Assembly (NCBI GenBank): GCA_951406725.2
Contig: OX597817.1
Location: forward strand, 31,372,001-31,436,000
DNA length: 64,000 nt
From: Octopus vulgaris
Lineage: Eukaryota
Direction of reading: 5' to 3'
Shown: piece after piece, positions 1-12,496 of the stretch
How the letters are laid out: each line of letters starts with the position of its first letter
How positions within the stretch are numbered: the first letter of the stretch is position 1
Made by a program: the position numbers and the translations under genes
The notes under the pieces: model-generated
Seen by the model: only the letters and a program-made list of their open reading frames with translations
Databases searched by the model: none
Told to the model about the DNA's origin: nothing

Positions 1-476
1 CATTTCGAGAAAAACAACTTCCTCCGAGAATTCTCAAATGAAGAGTTCAGTACGAAAGAGATATTGGTGTCTTCTCGAAATACAAACATTTTCCAGCTTT
101 AAATTCTTAAATGCGTAAAAGTAAAAAGGCAACAGTAAAAGAATATGGATACAGTATCTATGAAAAATATTATTGCATTGTTCCCAGTCGACAACAACTT
201 TCAGCTGAAGACGTCTTCGGAAACGAGAGAGGGGAGAATGAGGAATGGAATAAATAAATAAAAGATATGCCTCAATATATTGTCGTTGCCGTCATGTCTT
301 CTTTTCTTCTTTATTTGTTCTTTTATAGAGAAGGCTTTTTTGGATTTTGCTTTTTTTTTTTTGTTCTTAAATTTGAACGTGCTTTAGGCAAGGACTGGTA
401 GAACAGGAAAAATACATAAATAAAACAAATATATCTAAAATTATTTTTTTTAAATATATACCAAACTATGACCCAC

Positions 477-550
477 GACAAGTACAAGTTATAAATAAGG
501 GAAGCAACAATCACCAATATCAACAAAGCAAACTTATTCTTCAACTTCAT
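477..550 (-). CDS. candidate first coding exon of a type II membrane/secretory protein (MKLKNKFALLILVIVASLIYNLYL...)
   Basis: ATG in GACAAAATG context; basic N-terminus followed by a ~20 aa hydrophobic segment; possible donors GTGGGT (476-471) or GTATAT (461-456). The rest of the gene would lie left of the window. Confidence 0.4.
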
Positions 551-1523
551 TTTGTCAGACCAGAAAATATCAAATCATTAAAAAACCTTCACAAGTCATC
601 ACCATCGCCACCACCACCACCACCACCATCATCATCGACATCATCATCATCATCATCATTACAAATAAGAAGAAACGAAAAACACAAGTGAGGGAAAAGA
701 AGAAAAGGAGACAACACCATCCAACGCCATGACAAATGTTACCAGCATCACTAACAAAAACACCAATAAATAAATAAATAAAATTATAATGATTACGATG
801 ATGACGACAACGGTAAGAACAATGTTGACAACCATTACTATTTCAACAACAAAAAAGGGGTTTCGTTTAGTTTATGTTGAGTTTGAGGGTACGAGAGTCA
901 ATAGTGAAAATGGCAAGGTGAGAGAGGAATGGTGAAATGAGAGAGAAGGAGGTAAAGAGCGAGAGAGAGAGAGAAGGAGGTAAAGAGCGAGAGAGAGAGA
1001 GAGAGAGAACAATGATATCTTGTAAACTATATATCTGCTTCCCCCATATAAAACCACGATGAAATGTGTCGTGTGAGATCATTCGTGTTGAGATTTAAAA
1101 TGAAGAAGAAAAAAAGGGTATTCCTTCACAACGGTCAGAGGCATCGGTCGTCGATGAAATTAAGATTCAGCGCCTCCGATAGCGTGATGATAACAAAGAG
1201 TAAACGCAAAACTCTCAACACAGAAACATAAATATATAGAAAGGCACACGAACATAGAGACACACGCACATTATTATAAACTCACAAAATCATTCTTACA
1301 TGCAGTCACACGAACAATCAAACATGTAAACACACGAAACACGATTTACAGATTATGTGTTCATCATGTTCAGAAAGATCTATCTGTATATCTGTAAATA
1401 AGGGTAACATGAGTGAAAAAAAAAAGCATGGAAGTAAGATAAAAATAAGATTGACAATAAATTAAAAGCAAGCAAAAATCTACAAAACAGCCTAAATCAA
1501 ATGCTGACATAGACTTAAGTACG

Positions 1524-1905
1524 TCTCTTTTACTCTTTTACTTGTTTCAGGCATTTGACTGCGGCCATGCTGGAGCACCGCCTCTAGTCGAGCAAATCGA
1601 CCCCGGGACTTATTCTTTGTAAGCCCAGTACTTATTCTATCTGTCTCTTTTTTTGCCGAACCGCTAAGTGACGGGAACGTAAACAAATCAGCATCGGTTG
1701 TCAAGCAATGCTAGGGGGACAAACACAGACACACAAACACATACATATATATATATACATATATACGACAGGCTTCTTTCAGTTTCCGTCTACCAGCTCC
1801 ACTCACAAGGCATTAATCGGCCCGGGGCTATAGCAGAAGACACTTGCCCAAGATGCCACGCAGTGGGACTGAACCCGGAACCATGTGGTTGGTTAGCAAG
1901 CTACT
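1524..1905 (-). mobile_element. tRNA-derived SINE family A (head slightly truncated)
   Basis: Near-identical to the copies at 23762, 41484 and 51333; B box GGTTCAGTCCC on minus; internal (TA/TG)n; AGAGTAAA-type tail. Confidence 0.9.
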
Positions 1906-1963
1906 ATAGATATTAAAAATATTCTCGGGCCCAAATGTGTTTTAACTCGTGCACACACACATT

Positions 1964-1997
<34 letters not shown>

Positions 1998-2040
1998 AAC
2001 GTGTGTGTGTATATGTGTGTACGTGTGTGCACAATATAAA

Positions 2041-2092
2041 GATGGATGGATGGATGGATGGATGGATGGATGGATGGATAGATGGATAGATG

Positions 2093-2170
<78 letters not shown>
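2041..2170. repeat. (GGAT)n(AGAT)n compound microsatellite
   Basis: direct reading. Confidence 0.95.
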
Positions 2171-2214
2171 ACATGGATGAATAGCTCTCAGTAGGTCTGC
2201 ATGATAGGATTCAA

Positions 2215-2398
2215 GTGTTTGGTCAACATAATTGCCTATTAGGTAACTGAATTACCTAATATTACCTGCTTATTAGGTTGTAAGCGGCCGAGTATTCCAG
2301 TAACACGTGATCTTAATGTAATTAACTGGCATGCCTGCGCAGAATGTGACAAGGCTGTACTTTGTACAGGTACAATCCATCCATTCTCCAAAACGATG

Positions 2399-2400
<2 letters not shown>
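2215..2400 (-). mobile_element. degenerate fragment of SINE family C
   Basis: 2278-2356 aligns by eye to the reverse complement of 8645-8730. Confidence 0.55.
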
Positions 2401-2448
<48 letters not shown>

Positions 2449-2607
2449 GTTCTCTCACTCTCTCTCTTCCTCTTTTCTCGGTGAGTACCAGCACGGTTTT
2501 CTCAGACACAGAACCACTGGCGATCTTCTGTCAATGACACTGGGTGCTTGTTTGAAATAAGCTCGGTAAAAATAATGTTGCTACCCCAGGCATCTAACTG
2601 TGGCTAG

Positions 2608-2731
2608 TATGCAAATTTAGCTGTGTTTGGTATGCAAATTTAACTGTGTCTGGTATGCAAATTTAACTGTGTCTGGCATGCAAATTTAACTGTGTCTGGC
2701 ATGCAAATTTAACTATGTCTGGTATGCAAAT
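2608..2731. repeat. 23-bp minisatellite, six ATGCAAAT octamers
   Basis: ATGCAAAT at 2609, 2632, 2655, 2678, 2701 and 2724. Confidence 0.95.
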
Positions 2732-2789
2732 CTTCTATCAAAACTTCGCGCTTACGAGCTCCATCCATCTCTCATCTTTTGGGTCGACA

Positions 2790-3700
2790 GCTTCCAGTCT
2801 GATTGTACCATCGGATGTCTAACCTATTCTCAGTCAACTCAAGTGTTCTGCAAGGTTTGATCACGTTACTCCAATCTGTTCTTTCTCTATATCAACGACC
2901 AATTTGCCGCCACAACCAATATCGCTCATTCTTATTCAGACGATATGACCACCCTTCATCGCTCCCTAACGTTCCCCAGTCATACGTCATCGACACGTAG
3001 CGTAGACAGCAATCACCAAATCTACATTGATTCTATAAACGGGACCTTAAGAGTATCGTTCTGTAAATTCATGTTTTCTTTTAACAGCAAAAGCACTCAA
3101 GTGCTACTCTTTTAAAAATAACTCAATCGCTGAATTATCCATCATCCGATTGCGCTACTTGCACGGATTCCCGTGACTCTCTGTAAGCACCCAATTCTAT
3201 CATTCATATTTGAAATAGAAGCTTGAGTCATAATGAATCTTTCATTAGCTGATTATACAACCGAGGACGTTGCTTCTATGCAGCTACTCACTTGACAGAG
3301 CTTGATGATCCTGAGTATTGGTCCTCTAGGATTCTTCCACATAACATCAATGTAATAAACACCATTGGCGTAGTTGAGCTCATCTGCTGCCTCTTCCCAA
3401 TCCGCTATGCTACAGATCCATGACTTCGTCGTATTCTTGGCTAAACAGGTGTTACGCCCTGCCAAAAAGCAGCCTGAAACTATACTGGGTACAGTAGTCA
3501 CTCACAAGCTATTTTCAAAATACCCGCATATACACAATACTTCCACTAGATATGAGTGGCACTTAGCCAGAACCTTCAAAGTCCTTCTAAATGCTGGGCC
3601 TCACCATCAACAAGAATCTCTCCTGGTAAAAGAACATTCTTAGTATTGTCAACATCCTAAAGAAGGATACTTCCTTTCTGGGTCAGACATGTTTTCAGTC
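2790..3700 (+). mobile_element. degenerate CR1/L2/Jockey-group LINE reverse transcriptase relic
   Basis: Frameshifted remnants resembling SxVxQG, LFxLYIND and HSYSDD (YADD motif) at ~2830-2950. Confidence 0.6.
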
Positions 3701-3825
3701 CCCAACACCGCTGGCCCTCTATGACGCGCGAAAGTGAGTCCGCAAGGTTAATCCTTGTTACTGAGTAACTCTTCAATCTTTCATTAAATTGGCGATTACT
3801 GAATACATTTTAGTAAAGTATATAT

Positions 3826-4005
3826 TCTTATTCTCTTACTTGTTTCAGTCAGTTGACTGCGGCCATGCTGGAGCGCCGCCTTTACTCGAAAAAATGGAAC
3901 CCAGGACTTACTCTTTGTAACACTAATACTTATTCTATCGGTGTCTTTTGCCGAACCGTTAAGTTACGGAAACATAAACACACCAACGTCGGTTGTCAAG
4001 CAATG
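3826..4005 (-). mobile_element. SINE family A, 3' half
   Basis: TTGTTTCAGTCA.TTGACTGCGGCCATGCTGGAGC block. Confidence 0.85.
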
Positions 4006-4369
4006 GTCAACCTATCTCAGATCAGAACAGGACCCTCGGCAAATAAAACAAACTGACTCTGTAAGAGAACCAACCAACTGGAACGGTAAGTGACCATTCC
4101 CTACGGGGAAGTCAACTAGGCAGAACGCCAAACTTGACCACCAAAAAGAATAAGACGTCATCCGAATTTTGACGACTCAGAAATTATATCCGTTCACGGA
4201 AAAACATAAACACACTGATTCCAAACACTCCGCCTGAGCCTATGTAAATATACAATATATAACCTATGTATTTATATATATATATATAAAACACAGACCT
4301 CTACATCAACGGGACGAAGCGTTGCAAGTTATGCACAGCTTACTTATAGATTTTATGTAGCGTCCCACT

Positions 4370-4502
4370 ATTCTTTTTTACTCAGGGCATAAGGCCCAAA
4401 ATTTTAGGGGAACGGGACGAGTCGATTAGATCGACCCTAGTATGTAACTGGTACTTAATTTATCGACCCCACAAGGATGAAAGGCAAAGTCAACCTCGGC
4501 GT
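4370..4502 (-). mobile_element. SINE family B, 3' fragment
   Basis: GGTACTTAATTTATCGACCCC..AAGGATGAAAGGCAAAGTC.ACCTCGGCG core. Confidence 0.8.
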
Positions 4503-4729
4503 GAGAAAGGTTCTTGATCATACATCGTCGGATCTATATATTTCATGCAGTATCGCACAATCATCTGGACTGTAAATTGGTAGAATTTATATGCTCGATT
4601 TGTGTTGTTTCACTTTACAGAATATCTAAAAATGCAGCTCCAATAGTTTTCGAATTTTACCATCACACGAAGAAATCATCCTTTATGAAGTTCTCTTATG
4701 ATAACTGGAACAATATACATTAAACTTCT

Positions 4730-4793
<64 letters not shown>

Positions 4794-5142
4794 TCTCTCT
4801 CTCTCCCTCTCTCTCTCTGTTTACTTCAGAACAATAAAGTTCCTGAGTGAATTCACGTTTAAAAACTTCATTCTCAATCTTGGGGTTGTGTCGTGATTGT
4901 AACGCGAATTTTAGATGAAACCTGGATGGTACCAGAAAATTCACAAGGACTTTATTGTTGCAAAGTGAATTGACAAAATAATAACTAAATTTGAAAAAAA
5001 TCTTTAGTAAATTTGATTTATGATGAATACAGTCGTATCATCAAATTAAGCATTTGGAGGGGAAGAAAAACTGTTCTTCCTTGTATATAAACATAAGCGC
5101 GTATGTATGTGTGCACGTGTAAGCGTCTATATCCTGACACAC

Positions 5143-5192
<50 letters not shown>

Positions 5193-6205
5193 AACATATA
5201 TACATACATGCATACACACACACATACACACACACATATAACATATGCGTGTGAATGCTTACATAAATGTGTGTTGTTTATGTATGTGTTTTTATATGTA
5301 TGAATGTACGTTTATACTTATATATGTATATGTAAGCGTCCACATATGCATATACATATGTGTGTGTTTGTATGTATAAGTGTGTGTACGTATGTATGTA
5401 TTAATATATAAACAGACATTCGCGTATATCTTTGTATGTTTGTCTGTATGGATGTATGAATGTATCTATGCATGTATGTATGGATGTATGTCTATATATG
5501 TATGCATGTAGGCATGTCTACAACTATACATATGAGCATATGATTGTGCTTAGTTGTAAGCGTGTGTTATTTAATATTTCGTAATCTGAAATGAGGTTTT
5601 CATCTCCTGTATTATTTACACCTCTTCGTTGAAAACTTGTCACATAAACTAAATAGCCACACGTATAAACACAAGTTTCCCTGCTGAGTTTTGTTAACAT
5701 TTTGTAAAAATTTCACAATAGACAATCGGAACAAAGGAATACATTCACCGAAATAAGAGAAGCAAAGTAGACAGCTGGTTCCAGAAATAAGTTATACTAT
5801 AAACTGATAAATAAATTATGTTGATGATGACAGGCCTCAATGACAATGATGATGTGTTGCTGATATTTTCAAAAATAAATTATGATGTTTCTCTTCACGG
5901 AAATAATTTTTATGAAGCAAAATGGTTTCATGCTTAGAAGCATTTTATATATTTTGTCTATCATTTTGAATTTTTTTTTTATAGAACTAAAATTTTCATT
6001 GAATATTCAGTATAGATAATTCACAGTCATTTCGTAGTTAGGAAGTTTCGCACTTTAAGTTGTTCGTTACGCACGTAAACCATGAAGAAGTGTGTGTAAA
6101 CGATAGAAAGATTAGTCAACTTTTCAGACGAATTTGTGGTAAATTGACAAACCTCATATTCGGATTGCAAAAGCATCATCATGCAGTGTTTCTTTATTTA
6201 TTTAT

Positions 6206-6320
6206 CTCTTTTACTCTTTTGCTCTTTTACTTGTTTTAGTCATTTGACTGTGGCCATGCTGGAGCACCGCCTTTAGTCGAGGAAATCGACCCCAGGACTT
6301 ATTCTTTGTAAGCCTAGTAC

Positions 6321-6409
<89 letters not shown>

Positions 6410-6570
6410 CGACGGGCTTTTTTCAGTTTCCGTCTACCAACTCCACTCACAAGGCTCTGGTCGGCCCGAGGCTATAGTAGAAGACACTTGCCCAAGGTGC
6501 CACGCAGTGAGACTGAACCCGGAACCATGTGGTTCGTAAGCAAGCTACTTACCACACAGCCACTCCTGCG
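6206..6570 (-). mobile_element. SINE family A with internal deletion
   Basis: head CGCAGGAGTGGCTGTGTGGTAAG on minus; tail at 6206-6320. Confidence 0.9.
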
Positions 6571-7536
6571 ACTTGGTCAATAATAACAAATTGCTAAAAA
6601 GAGTCAAAAAACGTTGAATAAAGACTGTCTTTGGTTGTGAACAATATTAAGTCGATTGATTATTTTACGGAACCGATATAGCAATAGATAATAGATAGCC
6701 ACATATAATTTCGCCCAACACCGAGCAGCTCAACAGTAAGTGAATACAAGCAAGCTAACAAACAGACTCACACACAATAGTGACATCTTTTAATTGCTAT
6801 AAACTGGCACAGCATTTAAAACAAGTAAGCAACAAGAAATAGATACTTTAACGATAAAAATACACTCTACGTTATTTGACGACTAATATATTGTCGCAAA
6901 AAGTGCAGATCATAGCAATACATCTAAGCGGTTCTCAAACCGTTTTATTCACCAAAGACATTAGAAAAAATATAAATACTTTGAGACACAATGTGTATAA
7001 GGCAAATATATGTGTAAAAAGGCGTTTGCGTATATCAAGCCTATAAACATGAATAATTTAAACTATAACAGATTAAGTTGTAATACTTATTCAATAAATA
7101 AAACCTAGTTCTTAATGCTTTATTTTTATAATTTCAATTTGTACATTTGACTCTGTTTTAAAATAAGATTTTATCGTCTGTGCGATGAACCTAGCTACAT
7201 CTAAAATCAAACTAGCCTGCCTCAGTCCACCGTTTGTGGACTATAGCTATATCGTATTAAAACTGCATTGAATCGATATTCTCAATAGCAACAAATATGT
7301 CAACGACATATTTGCTTTATAAAAACTTATGTAAATCAATTGTAGTAACAGTTAATCCATAGCAAGGTGCGTGTGTGTGAGGTGTATATTTATGCATGTA
7401 TGTATACGTTCAGCAGCTACCGACATCTACACCGAATCGTGCCCTACAGTCATAAATAAAGGATATTGTAGACAGTATACAGCTTGATATGCAATAACAC
7501 TGCGTTGTCACGGTTTCACAATATTTATCTTATACT

Positions 7537-8120
7537 AGGCGGCGAGCTGGCAGAAATGTTAGCACGCCGGGCGAAATGCTTACCGGTATTTCGTCTGCCG
7601 TTACGTTCTGAGTTCAAATTCCGACGAGGTCGACTTTGCCTTTCATCCTTTCGGGGTCGATTAAATAAGTACCAGTTATGCACTGGAGTCGATATAATCG
7701 ACTTGATCCATTTGTCTGTCCTTGTTTGTCCCTTCTGTGTTTAGCCCGTTGCGTGTAGTAAAGAAATAGGAATTTCGTCTGCCGCTACGTTCTGAGTTCA
7801 AATTCCACCGAGGTCGACTTTGCCTTTCATCCTTTCGGGGTCGATTAAATAAGTACCAGTTACGCATTGGAGTCGATATAATCTACTTAATCCGTTTGTC
7901 TGTCCTTGTTTGTCCTCTCTGGGTTTAGCCCCTTGTGGTTAGTAAAGAAATAGGTATTTACGTTCTGTCTTTACGTTCTGAGTTCAAATTCCACCGAGCT
8001 CGACTTTGCCTTTCATCCTTTCAGGATCTATAAATTAAGTACCAGTTGCGTACTGGGTTCGATCTAAACGACTGGCACCTTCCCCAAAATATTTCGGGTC
8101 TTGTGCCTAGAGTAGTAAAG
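7537..8120 (+). mobile_element. SINE family B, three internal ~184-bp units
   Basis: Head GGCGGCGAGCTGGCAGAA; units start at 7585, 7769 and 7953; B box GAGTTCAAATTCC; imperfect TSD 7520-7535 / 8121-8136. The central GCCTTTCATCCTTTCGGGGTCGATAAA resembles the Nin/Deu SINE domain (from memory). Confidence 0.9.
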
Positions 8121-8422
8121 AATACTTATCTTATGCGTACTTGATCATTGGTCGACGGTACACTAAGGAATATATAAAGTTTTGACATTGTTGGCGATAA
8201 AATCCCTGTCAGAGGATGAAAAACCATGTAGTTGACTTTCTATTTGTATTGTGTAGTGATCAGTTCTAAACAAGTTAATTTAATCCTCATTTCAACTACA
8301 CACATTTTAGCGCTCCGTCAATATTTTGGGATCTAACTTAGAATCGAACTTGTATTTACAAAACAAGTTGATTTCAGTATCTACTTTAAGAGTCAACGCA
8401 GCTCCTGTTATGAGTCACACTC

Positions 8423-8807
8423 GTGGAGGCGCAATGGCCCAGTGGTTAGGGCAGCGGACTCGTGGTCGTAGGATCGCGGTTTCGATTCCCAGACCGGGCG
8501 TTGTGAGTGTTTATTGAGCGAAAACACCTAAAGCTCCACGAGGCTCCGGCAGGGATGGTGGTGATCCCTGCTGTACTCTTTCACCACAACTTTCTCTCAC
8601 TCTTACTTCCTGTTTCTGTTGTACCTGTATTTCAAAGGGCCGACCTTGTCACTCTCTGTGTCACGCTGAATATCCCCGAGAACTACGTTAAGGGTACACG
8701 TGTCTGTGGAGTGCTCAGCCACTTACACGTTAATTTCACGAGAAGGCTGTTCCGTTGATCGGATCAACCGGAACCCTCGTCGTCGTAACCGACGGAGTGC
8801 TTCCACC
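8423..8807 (+). mobile_element. full-length tRNA-derived SINE family C with perfect 13-bp TSD
   Basis: A box TGGCCCAGTGG, B box GGTTTCGATTCC; TSD ATGAGTCACACTC at 8410-8422 and 8808-8820. Confidence 0.93.
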
Positions 8808-9665
8808 ATGAGTCACACTCACAAAGCCCATGAGTCGTTATTTTTTATCACGTCTGATCAATCAATTGTCCGTATTCAACTAAGTAACGCTGGAAGATGT
8901 TTTTCGATGTATATTTAATTTTACTCGCAATGGAAATCAGTCGTGTTCATACTCCGAGAGAACAAGCAATCTATTCCTTTACTTCGGGAGACATCCACTT
9001 AATGTTTTTCTTGACATACTACTTAGCTACAATCTTATCGATTGCTTTCGTGTCAAAAACTTATGCGAAGTGCTTTCCAAATAAATCTTTAAATCACATA
9101 ACGCTTGACTGAATTTTCAAGAGTTAAACTAGGTTTCATATAATCTTTAACTGCCAAACATTCACTTAAAAATAAAGTACGATGGCATGTTTTCTATCCT
9201 TGAATATACAAGACAAACTGAAACCATTAACAGTTAAATCAAAATATATGGAAAATTCACACAAGCAAAATATATATTTCTATGTCCATAAAGTAATAAG
9301 TCGTCATGAAATCAATTCCTTCTATTGTGGAAATTAAACGCGTTATCATTGTTTTGTCCAAAACCAACCCAAAAAGGAAACTGAAAAAAATAAAATATGA
9401 AATATGCGAATAAGAACTATTTCTATGATCATAAAAGCTCAAAGAACAGAAAGAAATAGCAACAAAAAAAACTTTCCCCTGCCGAATTGATATTTCGGCC
9501 AGTTAAAAGCATTATAGGTCTGTTAGTGGCATTCACATATTTACTCTACTTTAAGTTTAGGGGACAACGTCGATTAAAGTTTGTCAGACTTAAGAAAGAT
9601 TGAATATCGCTGAATTACTAAAGACTTATTGCATAACATTAAGTCAAAACAATGACGTCGTATAT

Positions 9666-10613
9666 TCATTTCTGCTCTAGGCACAAGGCCCGAAATTTTG
9701 GAGGAGGGGGCTAGTCGATTAGATCGATCCAGTACGCAACTTGTACTTAATTTATCGACCCCGAAAGAATGAAAGGCAAGTCGACCTCGGCGGAATTTGA
9801 CCTCAGAACGCAAAAACAGAACAAATACCTATTTCTTACTACCCACAAGGGGCTAAACACAGAGGGGATGAACAAGGACAGACAAACGGATTAAGTCGAT
9901 TACATCGACTCCTGTGCGTAACTGGTACTAAATCAATCGACCACGAAAGGATGAAAAGAAAAGTCGACCTCGGCGGAATTTGAACTCAGAACATAGCGGC
10001 AGACGAAATACCTATTTCTTTACTACCCACAAGGGGCTAAACACAGAGGGGACAAACAAGGACAGATAAACGGATTAAGTCGATTACATCGACCCCAGAG
10101 CGTAACTGGTACTTATTTAATCGACCCCAAAAGGATGAAAGGCAAAATCGACCTCGGCAGAATTTGACCTCAGAACGCAAAAACAGAACAAATACCTATT
10201 TCTTACTACCCACAAGGGGCCAAACACAGAGGAGATGAACAAGGACAGACAAACGGATTAAGTCGATTACATCGACCCCAGTGCGTAACTGGTACTAAAT
10301 CAGTCGACCACGAAAGGATGAAAAGAAAAGTCGACCTCGGCGGAATTTGAACTCAGAACATAGCGGCAGACGAAATACCTATTTCTTTATTACCCACAAG
10401 GGGATAAACAGAGAGGGGATGAACAAGGGCAACAAACGGATTAAGTCGATTACATCGACCCCAGTGCGTAACTGGTACTTATTTAATCGACCCCGAAAGG
10501 ATGAAAGGCAAAATCGACCTCGTCGGAATTTGAACTCAGAACGTAGCGGCAGACGCAATACCGCTAAACATTTCGCCCGGCGTGCTAACGTTTCTGCCAG
10601 CTCACCGCCTTAG
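9666..10613 (-). mobile_element. SINE family B, five internal units
   Basis: head ending at ~10611; TSD TGACGTC(G/T)TATAT at 9653-9665 and 10614-10626. Confidence 0.92.
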
Positions 10614-11049
10614 TGACGTCTTATATGAGAGGGACAATATATATGTGAGTGTATTCAATTAAAACTCTCGAGGGGGACAATAAAAGTTAAAATATCTGTG
10701 GCTTTGAAATACAAAATATAGAAGAATGTACTCTAAGTATAACAGTTCTTGTTTAAGCTTAGGTGCGCTCTGATCGAGTGCACTTATCGTCAAACATGTT
10801 CCAGATGTGATCCTGCTGTTCTATTGTTGTCTTATTTAGTATAACTGTCTGGGCCAACATTAACTATTGTCTTTGCTTTTTGCGGGAGATTTGGATATTA
10901 TTTCTTGTTGGCCCAGTAAGCGTACGGTGTTCCTTAACTGTTGCAAGTTCCTTGCACAATGTGCTCGTAGTAATTCATACAAATATAGACACATAAACAC
11001 AACACACACATATATGTGTATGTGTATATGTATATGTTTTCACTACATG

Positions 11050-11055
11050 TATGTG

Positions 11056-11087
<32 letters not shown>

Positions 11088-11213
11088 TGTATGTATGTAT
11101 GTATGTATGTATGTATGTGTTTATGTATGTATGCATGGGTGTATGTATGTATGTATGTATGTATGTATGTATGTATGTATGTATATATGTATGCATGTAT
11201 GTATGTATGTATG
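11050..11213. repeat. (TATG)n microsatellite
   Basis: direct reading. Confidence 0.95.
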
Positions 11214-11391
11214 CACCTGCAGAAAGCAAGCAAGCAAAATGACGGACCGTTCATTGGTCAAAAAAGTCCGCCACCGTCTCATCCCGCAGATACTGGCAAG
11301 ATGCTCAACCAATTCAAATTAATTACTGAAATCTATTTAGTCCGGCACTTACTACTTCTGCTATTGCTCTGCCCTCATAGAGTAAAAGAAA

Positions 11392-11765
11392 AGGTCGACT
11401 TTTCTTGTCATCCTTTCGTGGTCGATTGATTTAGTACCAGTTACGCACTGGGGTCGATGTAATCGACTTAATCCGTTTGTCTGTCCTTGTTCATCCCCTC
11501 TGTGTTTAGCCCCTTGTGGGTAGTAAGAAATAGGTATTTGTTCTGTTTTTGCGTTCTGAGGTCAAATTCCGCCGAGGTCGACTTGTCTTTCATTCTTTCG
11601 GGGGTCTGTAAATTAAGTACAAGTTGCGTACTGGATCGATCTAATCGATTAGCCCTCTCCTCCAAAATTTCGGGCCTTGTGCCTAGAGCAGAAATGAATA
11701 TAAGACGTCATTGTTTTGACTTAATGTTATGCAATAAGTCTTTAGTAATTCAGCGATATTGAATC
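11392..11765 (+). repeat. inverted duplicate of 9598-9970 (SINE B 3' part plus unique flank)
   Basis: reverse-complement match that includes ~60 bp of non-SINE flank. Confidence 0.92.
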
Positions 11766-12464
11766 ATATTTCTGCGAAAGCATGTTTTGGGCCACTAATG
11801 CAAGAACTGAACTTGGAAATTTCAAGTCATGAACTAAATGCGTAACAGCATTGACACTGAAAAAATAGAGTGCAGCGATGCAGTGAGTCGAAATTGCCTC
11901 GAATATATCATTTTAATTTATTCCTACGTCAGGAAGTTTTAATGTTGCCAAAGCCAACCCCGTCTCTCATCTTTTCCCGTATCAATACAAAAATATCTAG
12001 AAATCTATATTCGAGTAAATTAAGCGTGAATGAGAAAACAAAATATCTTTATGTTAAGGAGTAATTTGAGGCAAGACAGAGAAGGGAGATAATTATTAAC
12101 ATTAAATTAAAATTTATTAAAAATAGAATTTTGTGGGGAGTGATAACTTCGATCATGTTAATGCCTTATTAGAACTCATCAGCGAAGCATAATCTAACCA
12201 TTACTGCCAGATCTTTGATAGAGGAAAACATGGGATTATAATAATCGAAAACTGAATACCGTGGTATTTAAAAGTAATGAGTAAGATAAAAATACCTAGG
12301 TATACCGGTTGTATGAATAACAAATTGTAGGAGGGCGGCACTATCCCAGCTTGCCTTTTTAATGTAGATCTAATGAGTGTAATTAAAGATATCAGTACGT
12401 ACTTCTGATTATTTTAGATTTTGCAGACAAATAATAAATTTCGGTAAATCGCATGTTGTGACTG

Positions 12465-12495
<31 letters not shown>

Positions 12496-12496
<1 letters not shown>

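Noticed and set aside
203-228. CTGAAGA..GAAAC hammerhead-like string
   Set aside because: Stem II is only 2 bp, with no stem I/III or NUH in register.
8423-8500. tRNA gene
   Set aside because: SINE head: continues into a SINE body, is enclosed by a TSD and has no poly-T terminator.
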